From: Callorhinchus milii | Taxonomy: Eukaryota | Assembly: GCF_018977255.1 (NCBI RefSeq) | Contig: NW_024704742.1 | Location: 55,740,001 to 55,804,000 of the forward strand | Direction: 5' to 3' | DNA length: 64,000 nucleotides | In this document: piece after piece, positions 53,288-64,000 of the stretch | How the letters are laid out: each line of letters opens with the position of its first letter | Numbering within the stretch: position 1 is the first letter of the stretch | Notes under the pieces: model-generated | Told to the model about the DNA's origin: nothing | The model's input: only the letters and a program-made list of their open reading frames with translations | The model's database searches: none | Position numbers and translations under genes: made by a program

Positions 53288-54178
53288 ATGGAGGTCGGGG
53301 CCTGGAGCGGCTTCTGCTTCACTGTTGTCGTCGCAGTGGTTGCCTGTCAGACCTCGAACGAAACTGTTGTGAACCTGACTTCTTCAAGTCACACGTCGAA
53401 CAATGCGAAAGATAATACTACAATCGATACTTTCGAGCAAATCAATTCATCTTCAAGTCACGTAATTGACAGTACTGTCATTACTACCATTAATATTAAA
53501 CCCACTCCACGGTCTTCTACAGCACTGAATCTCAGCACCAAAAACAAGAATACTATGCAGAGTGTTGATCATAAAGCTAACGAAACACCTATTACATTAG
53601 AAAAAGATGCTGACAAGGCATCAACTGTGAAAGGAAGCACTGCAGTAGAGAGAGAAAGTACAACTGTGACTATGATCGATGCAGGTAATGCCGATGAAGA
53701 AGAACTTCCCGTAACACCCAATGATGATCCAACAAAGATAGATGAAATGACTGAAGAGTTGATTCCTGTGAGTTTGGATGATGAATCCGAGGCTTACTAT
53801 GATTCTAACCTGGACAAAGGAATGGATGATAGTAATCCAGTGGATTATTATGATCAAAGCCAAATGGATGAGGATGACGAGGATGACATGGACTCCAGCG
53901 ATATAGAGGAATCACTGGAGCTGCCCGATACACCAATATCCATTTCTGCACCAGAAGAAGACGACAGTCATTTCTTTTTTTATCTGGTTGTAGCTGCCTT
54001 TCTGGTTGCCATCATTTACATCACCTACCACAACAAAAGAAAGATTTACATTCTCCTAGTCCAAAGTAAACGATGGAAGGATGGTCTTTGCTCGAGGGCA
54101 GTTGAATATCAGCGGTTGGACCAAAATGTACATGATGCCATGCCATCACTTAAGATTACAAAGGACTATATTTTCTAA
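53288..54178 (+). CDS. C5orf15: Keratinocyte-associated transmembrane protein 2 (KCT2/C5orf15)-like type I membrane glycoprotein, 296 aa, single uninterrupted ORF
   Basis: ATG at 53288 is in a strong Kozak context (aagATGG) and opens a signal-peptide-like stretch ([20 protein letters not shown]). It is followed by an S/T-rich ectodomain with N-glycosylation sequons (NET, NLT, NTT, NSS, NLS), an acidic stretch, a TM helix ([21 protein letters not shown]) and a tail [49 protein letters not shown] that I recognise as the KCT2 C-terminus. The in-frame upstream ATG at 53216 is a less likely start. Confidence 0.92.
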   Translation: MEVGAWSGFCFTVVVAVVACQTSNETVVNLTSSSHTSNNAKDNTTIDTFEQINSSSSHVIDSTVITTINIKPTPRSSTALNLSTKNKNTMQSVDHKANETPITLEKDADKASTVKGSTAVERESTTVTMIDAGNADEEELPVTPNDDPTKIDEMTEELIPVSLDDESEAYYDSNLDKGMDDSNPVDYYDQSQMDEDDEDDMDSSDIEESLELPDTPISISAPEEDDSHFFFYLVVAAFLVAIIYITYHNKRKIYILLVQSKRWKDGLCSRAVEYQRLDQNVHDAMPSLKITKDYIF

Positions 54179-55571
54179 GTGCATCACTTGCAGCTTTATA
54201 AAAGATAATAATTGTCAATCTTATTATATGCATTCCAGTTTGTAAAAATCTTTTTCATCTTGTGCTTACGAAAGAGTGCCATTGAAAACACGAATACTTG
54301 GCCTAGATCTATAAATATTACAGGTAAAGCAAATCAATTTGTTACTGATCTTTGCTGGAAACTGTCTTTGCTGGAAGATATTTTTATGTGGTTATGTGGG
54401 CCACATCAAAATTACCTCTAAACTGGGTCTCTTTACTGCATTACTATCTGTGAGCTCAACAAAGATGCTTTTGGTTTACAATAGCTGTCAAGACTAGAGT
54501 AGTCAGAAATAAAAAACAAAAGTTTGCTAATTGCTGGCAAAGGTTTTTTTCCACTCTTTGAATTGAAAAACATTTGCGTTTTGTCTCCTTTGAATTTCAA
54601 ATTTTCTTTTTTAGGTTACAGGGAAACGGGTGACTTAGAATTAGACATTTGGTTGTTGTTTGTTATCTGTCAGTTTAACAAATTTGTATAAATGGCAAAC
54701 ACTTTTACATAGCTTGAGTACTGGAAAGGAATAGGTTGTGTGACATGTTTGCCTGTTTTCTGTAATTAGGCTATTGATCTTTTAAACCAGTACTTTTTTT
54801 TAGTTCTGATCAAAATTGAATCCCTTTGAAGGTCATGATATTTCTGGGTTTTGTATCATAATTATTCTTAATAGCCTTTAAAATGTCTTATTAAATGGCA
54901 CTTTAGCCAATACTGGAGTGGAATTTCAAAAATGCCTGCCTGTTGCCTTAGCAAAATGTCTCCATCTTAAAATGCCTACCATTTTTATTCTGCAATCATA
55001 GACCTGGATCTATCTACTTAAATATGTAAACCACAAACATTTTTATATTGGGTTTTAGGAGTGTCATATTTTATGTTGCTATGTTTAGTAAGGTATCTTC
55101 AAATGTAGTGTATTTTTCAACGTTACTTTGTGTACAGCCACAAGTGGTGGATCAGGAGGCTTTGTTGATACCTTTTTTTAAAGTTATTGATAACTCTGAA
55201 CAGTGTACATGGTACTTTATACCTAATAGGTAGTTGCTCCAGAAGCCATTTATCAGTCTACCTGAAAGCATGATTTTTTTAAAGTGATTTTCGATAAGAA
55301 CCTGCATTCATAAGCTTGGTGTGGGATTATCAAGGTACTAGATCAACAAAATTGGTCAGTTGTCTTAAGTTATTTGGCCAAAATATCAGCTTTATTATTT
55401 TGCAAAATTATGTAGCAATCCGAATCATAAAGGATGAATGACGCATGAAACATTTACCGATGTATTCTTGACTATTTTGATCATGTTTTTACAAGGGAAG
55501 CCGCTTAAGGCGGATACATAGGGGGTGGGCATTTTGTCCGAATTAACTAGTGCCCGAGGTTAACTAGGGTC

Positions 55572-55788
55572 TTAATAATCCCTCCAAAAACTAAAAACAA
55601 TAATAAATTGGCCATTTTCAATCCATGACTGTTTGTGGGACATTGCTGTGCGCAATTGGCTGCTGCGTTCGCCCACAAATATATAGTCAATTCACTTTAC
55701 AGTGTGTTCTGTGAAGCGCTTTGGGATGTCCTCCCGACGTGAAAAGCGCTGTATTAAATGCAAGGATTATTATTATTATTATTATTAC
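55572..55788 (+). mobile_element. 5'-truncated SINE of the same family in the putative KCT2 3' UTR region
   Basis: Core and tail nearly identical to 50670-50861. Confidence 0.9.
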
Positions 55789-55869
55789 ATGTGTATTTTG
55801 ATGCTACAATTTTGGAAGAGGCCCAAACAATTATAATCTGGTCAGCGGACACTGGGACACTGTACTGTC

Positions 55870-55910
55870 ATTAAATAAAATGCAGAGCATTCCTGGTGTT
55901 GTGTTTGATT
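55870..55910 (+). terminator. Candidate polyadenylation signal for the KCT2-like transcript
   Basis: Overlapping ATTAAA/AATAAA (55870-55879) followed ~15-30 nt later by a GU-rich tract (ggtgttgtgtttg). An alternative AATAAA lies at 54508. Confidence 0.3.
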
Positions 55911-57614
55911 GTTAAAGCTTTAGTTGTGGACACACAAACACACATACACATAGTGCAAATCCACAACTGTCTACTACATTGTCTTGAAAGAATTGGAATG
56001 ATTAAAATAATAAAGGATTAGTAGAAATGTTATGCCACATTTATGATTTTACCGGTGTGAATGCAGAGCAATAATTCTAGTTTAAGGGGCAGAAGGAGTT
56101 ACAGCATTACTGTGACAGTATAGAAGAAGCATTTTCCTTCCCACATATGCAGTAGCTTATAAGATGTTCTGTCTCTAGATACAAAAGTAGACAAATGTTC
56201 TATTCTTCAGCATTAACATCCATCATTTTGATAAATGCAAAATACATAGAAAAAAATAGAGAAATGCTTACAAATCTGAAATGGTTGTTTTTTTTTGCTG
56301 CAGTTTACAATGTACAACACAAAACATGTAATGTGACAGATAAAGAAGGCAATGAATTCAGTCTGGTTTTATTCCAGAATTGCAGGGTTCTGGGATACAG
56401 GACTGCAGTTGCTGATGAATGAGTTATAGCATAGTACTGACAGATGTTACATCCTTACCACGTGATTAAGCAAACTAATGTGCTTCCTTTGTGAATGAAT
56501 ATCTGTCTGGGTTCCGGACATGCAGTAGGAACACACAATTACACTGCATGGATTTCTTACTTTTTTTTAACATTCTTTGGTTTAATTTCAGAATTAATAA
56601 TTATTCTTACTTGTTAAAGCATTTCATTTTTTTCACAGTAAGTTTTCAGTGAACTCTTGTTGTGATGTTCCATCTATTTAACGTATTTCTGTGGGACTTA
56701 AAACCTCATCAAATCAACAGTAAATCAATAGACTAGTTGAGACCTTGTGTTGATGATGGGAATGAAAAAAAAGTTTCTGAGTAAAAATAATGAAAATAAA
56801 AATTATAAAAATGTTATGAAATTATAGGAAATGGATACAATTCAGATAAAATATGCCAATCCTTTTGCGATGCAAAACTGAGCAACAGATATTCAACTTT
56901 GTACAAAATAACTACAGTATGAATGTTGGTAAAAACCTATCCATAGCTATTTGGCTGAACAAGAAACATCAGTCACTTTCCCAAGTTGTAAATTCAATTT
57001 CATGAAAATGTGACATGGGCACCCGATTTTACAGTGATTCCTTGCTTCACCTCCTCACAAGTGCTCAGGCAGGCTTAAAGATACCCCTGAATAGGATTTG
57101 ATAGTTACCTTTCTATCAATTAAGCAGGCAAACGGTTTGGGCCTGCGGTAGAGTTCATGGATAGTATGAGTTTCTGATTTCCATTTCATTCTTTGAACCA
57201 AATGCCTGTCTTTTGACTGAGCCATTGTGAATGTAATACATGTATTAACTTTTATCTGTTGCTGAGTTCAGGGAGGACAATATTAAGCTTTAAAGGTACT
57301 TCTTAAGGGATCTTGATTGGAAAGTATTTCCACACAGTGGAGAGTTTTTTATTGGCTATGCTTGTTGTAAGAAGAGGGGTTGGGAGTAAGGAGAATATGA
57401 GATCTGGGGATTCATAGGCAATTGGTTATAGTGCAGTGAAATGTGGATGAAGATTTAAATCCCCCCAAATCTGCCCAAATTATTGTGAATACTTTATGGT
57501 TTGATCTGAAATCCTTTCAATTTATCATGTTTTTTGTGGAAATGAGTAATATCTGTGTTTTGGGATCATGTGAACATATTATAAACCAGAATTCTTACTT
57601 GGTTAGCAATAAGC

Positions 57615-58090
57615 TCTAACCATAAGTTTCAAGTTATCCAAAATCCGTAGCCAACATCCTCATCCTCACCGAATTCTCACCCTATCTTCACCACACTCCA
57701 CTGGCTTCCCAATGGATTCATTTCAAGATACGCACACTCACCAATAATTCCTTCATGCCCTAGCACCATCTTACATGATCTACCCAACTCCTCTGCTCAG
57801 CCTCTTCACTCAGCAAACTTGGGTTTGCTGTACATTCCCTCCCTCTCCATGCCACCATCAGTGCCCCTGACCTCTGGATCATCCTCTCTCTACTCCTCCA
57901 TTTCAACCCTTCTCTATCTATCTTGAAGACCCGCCTTAAAACCTACCTCTTTGACCATGCCTATCACCATTTCCTTCCGCACTCTCTCTCTCCCTCTCCC
58001 TTGCTTGGCATCTGATCCCATCTTTGTATAGTGTTCAGAAACATTACCTTACGTGAAGAACACTAAGTAAATGCAAGTTTTTGTAGCTGT
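57615..58090 (+). mobile_element. Old L2 3' fragment
   Basis: LHWLP and LKTRLKTYLFDHAY motifs with a degenerate tail. Confidence 0.8.
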
Positions 58091-61000
58091 AATAAAGTTA
58101 TCAGATCTATTTAGCTGAGCGTTTGGTAGATGTATATGGGTTACATTCTTCTGATGGAGGTTCTATTTATGTCTCTGCCCACAGAGTGTGGTACGAGCTC
58201 CAGAATCATCTGTAACTTTTTGCTCAGACACATCCCAAGGTATGGATTTACTCCTGCTGGTGTAGAATAGTCTGCAGTGAGCTGATGCATCTTCCCTCAC
58301 GCCCACGTGTTTAGCGATTGGACAGTTATCTTCCAGGGAAAACTGAAATGAAGACTTTTCTAAAATGAGAAAATTAGACTATATAGAAGCAAATAATATT
58401 CCTGGATCCAATACAATCCCTTTGTTAAGACTGATGAAAAAATCTTTCTTTAGTGCCAGATAATTCATCCTATTTAAATAAAGCTAACAGCACCCACAGT
58501 GTGAGTTGCAGTAATAGGTTTCAGAGTGGGAACTGGCCCAGCTGGACACATGATTGAGTGATAGTCTTAGAGGGAACATAATTTTATGTGGAGGAAATTG
58601 AATGCCCTGATTTCCAGCAAAGTGATCGCTTTCTGGCAACATACTATATTAAAAGAATGTATTCTGAGAACAGAGCACCACTTTATGCATTAACTATTAA
58701 AGCAGAACGACAGAATAATCTTAAAGATAAGGTTAGTGAATGGGTAAGTAACAGTTAACTACTGTATTAGACAGATTAATTGTGTATTTGTGGCTTTTGG
58801 CTGGAAACTGGATGAAAAATAATCTGTTTTAGAAAAGGCTGACCTCGCTGACTATATTGTCTTGTAAATCTCTCACCTTTGGCAAGGGTTCAGACTCATT
58901 TATGGATGAGGCAGTCTTGTAGGCCAGTATTATGGCAATTATTAACAGCACACATGTAGAGAAAGAATTGGATGGGTTTAGAACGCTTACAATACTCCAA
59001 AGGATCTTGCAACCATAGTCAATGACTAATCTAGTTAAAGTATAGGGGCGAATTTCTATATTTCCCACTGATTTTAAACATTTTTGTTTATTTTGTTTTA
59101 TTTATCTGCTTTATCTAGCGAAACAGTCATCAATTAGAAAATGAGCGAAAAAGGGAGATATAACTTTTGAAAGGGAAGGACATTCCCTGTTTATGGGATA
59201 TTGTATGCAATGATGTGCTCTTGACTTCTTCTCTCCCACTTTTCCCAAATACCCTCTGCATTCCAGCTTACATCAAGGATTGCTGTGTCAGCATGGACTT
59301 GATTTGCATTCTTGCCAAGACAGCCATCTCCACGCTTTTTGGCTGTATTGCTGCCATTAGGCTATTTCCACTGTAAACAGACTTGTGGAGATGGTTAAGA
59401 AGTGTGAGATAGCCATGACATAATCCAGTATGTGTCTGCCTGCTACAGTGGAGCACATGCTTACACCTCCCGCGAGACCTGGCGATCTTATTGAAGAGTG
59501 GGATACAGACTCAACAGCAAAATAATACAAACATTCAATGGATGTATTGTGCTGATCGCATGCTTTTTCTGACCAGTGTGTAAAAGAAAACAATAGTCCT
59601 AAAAAAGAACAGAAGGTTGTTTGATACTCAGTAAGAGATTCAGATTGAACTTGCATAGATTCACCAGTGGGCTTTGAATGCATTATTTTCTTTCCAAGCT
59701 GCCATCAATCTCTTTCTCCAGCTGACATTGTTTTTATATGTCATTTTCCAACACCCTCCTGGAACATTTCTCTCTTGAGATGACAATATTTTCTTTTCTT
59801 TTCCTGTTCATTGATCTAGAAACTGCAAACAGTGGCTTGTGTTTGTAAGAGAAATAATGGACGCTTGATAATTTGAACAACATGCCTTCAGCGTACAGCA
59901 CAGTGGGGGATGGTAAAACCAGCAATTGTGATTGCTAACACAGTTCCCTAATCAATCCTTAGATAGTGAGGATTATAGTACCCTGCAGGATATATCAACC
60001 AATGCCCTGACATTTTTACTTTCAAACAGTTATTTCAGAAAGTTGTAAATCTTAAACAATTGGTAATTTGAGGAAATGTTTATAATTAGAAAGTACTAAT
60101 CCATTCACAAGATACCTTCACAAGAATGATTTAGTTGGAGAAGTCCCCTTCAGCCTATTTGATTTCATCCTTCCAGAACACCCACACTTCCGGATTCCCA
60201 GCACAGCATCAAACTGTTTTTTGATCAGTGCAGCGTTTTGGCCTCAATCACTCTTCCTTGTGACCTATTCTAACTGTTAATTACCTCTGGGTAGAGAAAA
60301 ACTTCCTGGTGTCAGAGATCATGTTAATGCAAAATCGTGCATATATTACACAAAAATTCTGTCAATATGCAAAAACTGACATGCCGTCCATCCCATGTAG
60401 GCAAGTTTTTTTTTACAATGCAAGACTTGTCAATCAAAGTTCTTTGTTTTCTCATGTGTCTGACTGTCGTCAGATGATCATGCGTGACATGGATCTATCA
60501 ATTGGCATATTTTATTTTGGTCCAAACCCCTATTAAAGATCTATTAATGAGTCATCAGAGACTTGACAATAAATCAACTGGAATATTCCTCCAATGGTGG
60601 GGTGGGCAGACCAGTGACTGCCAAGTGGAGGCAGAGTGGAGGTTAGTAAGTTTTCAGCAGTGCAAAGTTTAAGAAGAGCATGTCTGCATTCTGGCGCGTA
60701 GTCAAAGCTGTTCCTCATAAGGCTGCTTTCATATCCAAAACTATTTTTCATAAGAGATTGTAATCATAGCAATCTTACATTCTTGGCACCATTTTTTATT
60801 TATTTGTTTAAACTCTCAGAATTTTGCTGATAAATATCAACTGCTTGAGCTTTGCTGCTGTGTTCTTTGACATTGTTGGACACTCTTGAATTATACAATC
60901 ATTGTGTAGATTGTAGAGAGTCCTTCAGTATTCACTTTTACTTGTGCTGTTCATTTAAATAAAATGGAGATTTTTTATTATCTATAATAATCCTTACATT

Positions 61001-61501
61001 TGATATAGCATTTTATATATTGGAAGACATCTCAAAAGCTTCACAAGACTTGTGATAAAGTGTAATGATTGTTTTTAGGTGAAAGTGGCAGCCAATATGC
61101 AAACAGCAATGTCCCAAAAATCAGCAGTGAATTAATTGAGCTATTTCATCTGCAGGATTGTTTACCAGGAAACCAGGAGAAACTCCCTTCTCATTTTGAA
61201 GAATGTCATGGGACTTTAATATCCACCTGAACAGGCAGCTGAAACCTTGGTTTAATGTGTCACCTGAAGCATGTATTGAATCTTGTTAACAGTAAAAGAG
61301 TGCATGGTAAAATAAAATCAAGTTGAGTAATTCAATTGGGCTGACATCCATTAACTGTTATCACTAAATGAAGACATGAGAAAGAAGGGAATAAAGGCAT
61401 TCGGAAGAGGAGATAAGGAGCAATGGAGGCTCATGTGGAGTAAATTCCTTGCACGGACTAATTGGGCTGATTGGCCAATTCTGTGCTGTTATGTTCTATG
61501 T

Positions 61502-61728
61502 CAGTGGTGGCCAACCTGTGGCCTACAGACCCGAATTGGCCCACGTAGCCATCAAGAAGTGCCCTTACCCCCGAACTTTCGCACGTGTCTAGGTAAATCC
61601 GTGTTCGATTGGTAGCGTGTTTTCATTTTTTTCTTGATTGAATATTTCTTGATTTATGACACACACCAAGAAATATTCAATCAAGAAAATGCATTTTGTT
61701 TGCTGTCCATAAAGGTTGGCCACCACTG
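61502..61728. mobile_element. hAT-superfamily MITE (227 bp)
   Basis: Perfect 16-bp TIRs CAGTGGTGGCCAACCT / AGGTTGGCCACCACTG and an 8-bp TSD ttctatgt / ttctatat (1 mismatch). Inserted in a CR1 tail. Confidence 0.9.
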
Positions 61729-62139
61729 TTCTATATAATTCTATTTACTAGCAGACGCTCTTTTATGTGTTTATAGTGAGATGTTTCATTCAATCAGGCA
61801 AAAGGCAATGGTTTATAACTGAAGTAGAATGCTAAAAGAAACATCTAACATATTACTGCAGAAAATGACTAGCAATGCTTGTGGAGCATGTTACTACAGA
61901 AAATGACTAGCCATGCTTAATAAAAAGTTTTATCAGGAGCTTGTCACAAATTTACTTACAGTGTATATTTGGATTTCACCATATTTCCAATTATTCTGGC
62001 ATTTATGCTAATGAGCCTTCATTGAGGTCTGATATTATTATTATTTACAATATTCAAATTCTGGTTTGTGAAACTTGTAGCTGGTGAATCACAATTCCCC
62101 AGTTGGCTGAATCCAATAACAGCCCAGTGAGCAAGACTG

Positions 62140-62372
62140 GCAACAGCAACAACAACTTATATAGTGCCCTTCACACAGGGTAGCGTCTCAGAGCACTTAA
62201 CAGTGGCTGAGCCTGAGTCCGAGCTGGGGTTGGGGAGGCGGAGGTGGCCGTGAGCACGGTCGAAGAGAAAAGTTTTCAGGCGGGACATGAAAAAGGGGAG
62301 AGAGGGGGCAAGGCGTAGGGATTGAGGGAGAGTATTCCAGAGTTTTGGGGCATAGTGGCTGAAAACGCGGCA
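62140..62372 (-). mobile_element. L2 3' fragment
   Basis: (CAA)n tail and L2 3' region in reverse complement. Confidence 0.8.
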
Positions 62373-62739
62373 GAAGGTAACTGACTATTTCGCTCGCCCA
62401 CATTGTCTGGAAAGAGAAAACCCAAATAAAAAGTTACAATGAAAACAACAAATTCACTCTGTGAATATTCTAAATTAGATCCTAGCATGGTAATAAATGC
62501 AAGGAATTTTTCCATTTAGGAAACTATTCTGGTCGTATTGATTCAAAGACTGGATGGGTTCACAGCTGTGCAAACAGTCTGTTTAAACATCATTGTTTGG
62601 ACATATGGCCATTTTGTGGTGAGGTGATCCCCAGTGTTCAGCTTTTTTCACTATCAAATATGGTACCATTTAACATTAAATGGCAATTATTGAAATTTAG
62701 AGCATTATCCTGGATCATTTGCAGCTAAATAGAGAACTC

Positions 62740-63820
62740 CTCCTGGGGGGAGGCAAGTGGGGTTTCCTCGGAGCTGAACTGGCTTCAAGGTGACATGTTT
62801 GGCAACGGAATGTCAGAATCAAGCCAGCCCTCTGTGGCTGTCTCAGTAGTCCGGTTCCTGAGCCAGGAGGGCCACAGTACTCCAGAGGACTGCTGATGAT
62901 GGCACAACCAGCCTGGCTCATCTGCAGGACCTGGAAAGGCAGATCAGTCACTGGGGGCAGGGACTCTTCCCACCAGATCTTGTTTATCCGGCCCATCTAG
63001 CTAGACTAGCAGTGGGAAACCTTTTCAGACAATGATATCAATGGTAAGCTATGCGGTTTTAGCTGGCTAGACTCCAGCAGTACCCAAAAGCACACTGGGT
63101 CCCTAAGCAATGGCACTTGCCAACCTGCGCCTAATACTTAACGAAATTAAATAATCAGGTGCGTCCCTCCAGTGAGAGAGTGCACTTTTCATTCCAAAAA
63201 ATATCTCTGGAAATTCCATGCGTAGGTGGGATGCATGGGACTCTGTTTGGTTTGGATACTCTTAAGCATGGTGGAAGGTTTCCGCATATGTCAGACACAC
63301 AGCTGACGAGAAACAATAAATGGCGAACTAGATGTTCTTGATGGTATTTTTACTGAGCTGGAATAAAAATAGTATATATGTAAGTAAAACCATCAGCACA
63401 ACACAAAGCTTGGTAAGTGCAAAATACTATAGCTGGCATTTTCTTTTGGTAAGCTGGGTGTTTGTTACATGCGGAAACCCATCACCATGCTTAGGAATAT
63501 CTAAACCAGATTGAGAATTCCTCTTAGGCATCTACCTACACATGCTTATTTATGGAAAGTATTGTGCACAATTTGGCGAGGAACAAGGCTTGGGGACCCC
63601 AGAGTGCACATTAGGGAACTGCTTCTTCAGTTTGGACCAACCTAGCCTTTAAGGTTTTGATTTGCATGATTATCAGAAGCATCAGGGCATAATGCCCTGG
63701 TACAATGACCAGTCTGCCTCTCCAAGTCCTTCAGATGAGTCAGGTTGTCTGGTTGGATACCAGCAGTGCCCTGGAGTACTGTGGTCCCGCCTGGCTCAGG
63801 TACCAGATGACTGAGACCAA
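62740..63820. repeat. ~1-kb imperfect palindrome (foldback-type element)
   Basis: Four nested arm pairs are reverse-complementary around a centre near 63365. Dispersed arm fragments occur at 4018-4197 and 36505-36590. Confidence 0.8.
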
Positions 63821-64000
63821 GAGCAATGAGGATGATCCCCAGTGTTAGAGGAATGAGCTATGAGGAACTATTAGACAAGCTAGGGCTCTTCAGTCTTGAG
63901 AGAAGACCGATCATAGGGGATCTTACAGAGGTGTCCAACATTTTAAATGGGATTGAAAACAAGCGCTCCGGGACACTACCCCGCATTGAAGTTGTTGTTG

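Noticed and set aside
55490..55571. Possible left end of a Tigger-like MITE before the SINE
   Set aside because: No matching right TIR was found.
58829..59925. Cluster of 60-108-aa ORFs in non-repetitive sequence
   Set aside because: No recognisable domain and no consistent frame or splice pattern.
61853..61918. 28-bp near-tandem duplication (and the gtgtaatg repeat at 8960-8996)
   Set aside because: Ordinary slippage-type duplications.
1..64000. CRISPR-like or operon interpretation of the recurring ~40-bp hairpin motif and the many short ORFs
   Set aside because: The motif is the dispersed SINE/LINE 3' tail, found in both orientations with irregular spacing. The DNA is eukaryotic, and many ORFs start at non-ATG codons or translate repeats.

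Overview
AT-rich, repeat-dense vertebrate genomic DNA, not prokaryotic. The repeat content is L2- and CR1-clade LINEs plus tRNA-headed Deu-domain SINEs with L2-type tails, which fits a cartilaginous fish, possibly a chimaera such as Callorhinchus (inference). Only one credible host coding region is visible: an intact 296-aa, apparently intronless KCT2/C5orf15-like type I membrane protein at 53288-54178 (+), a candidate retrogene. The other recognisable sequence is transposon-derived. It includes a ~3.7-kb apparently full-length single-ORF L2 LINE with a 13-bp target-site duplication inside another L2's tail, dozens of SINE/L2/CR1 fragments, a Gypsy gag relic, hAT and Tc1/mariner-type MITEs, and several palindromic foldback elements. 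The most unusual observations are a ~1-kb foldback palindrome, two locally templated insertions in SINEs, a CR1 relic whose RT core is replaced by an L2 YADD segment, and covarying SINE/LINE 3' stem-loops. Most short ORFs in the track are spurious. I see no firm evidence of a wholly new multi-gene system. Repeat boundaries were read by eye and are approximate unless stated.
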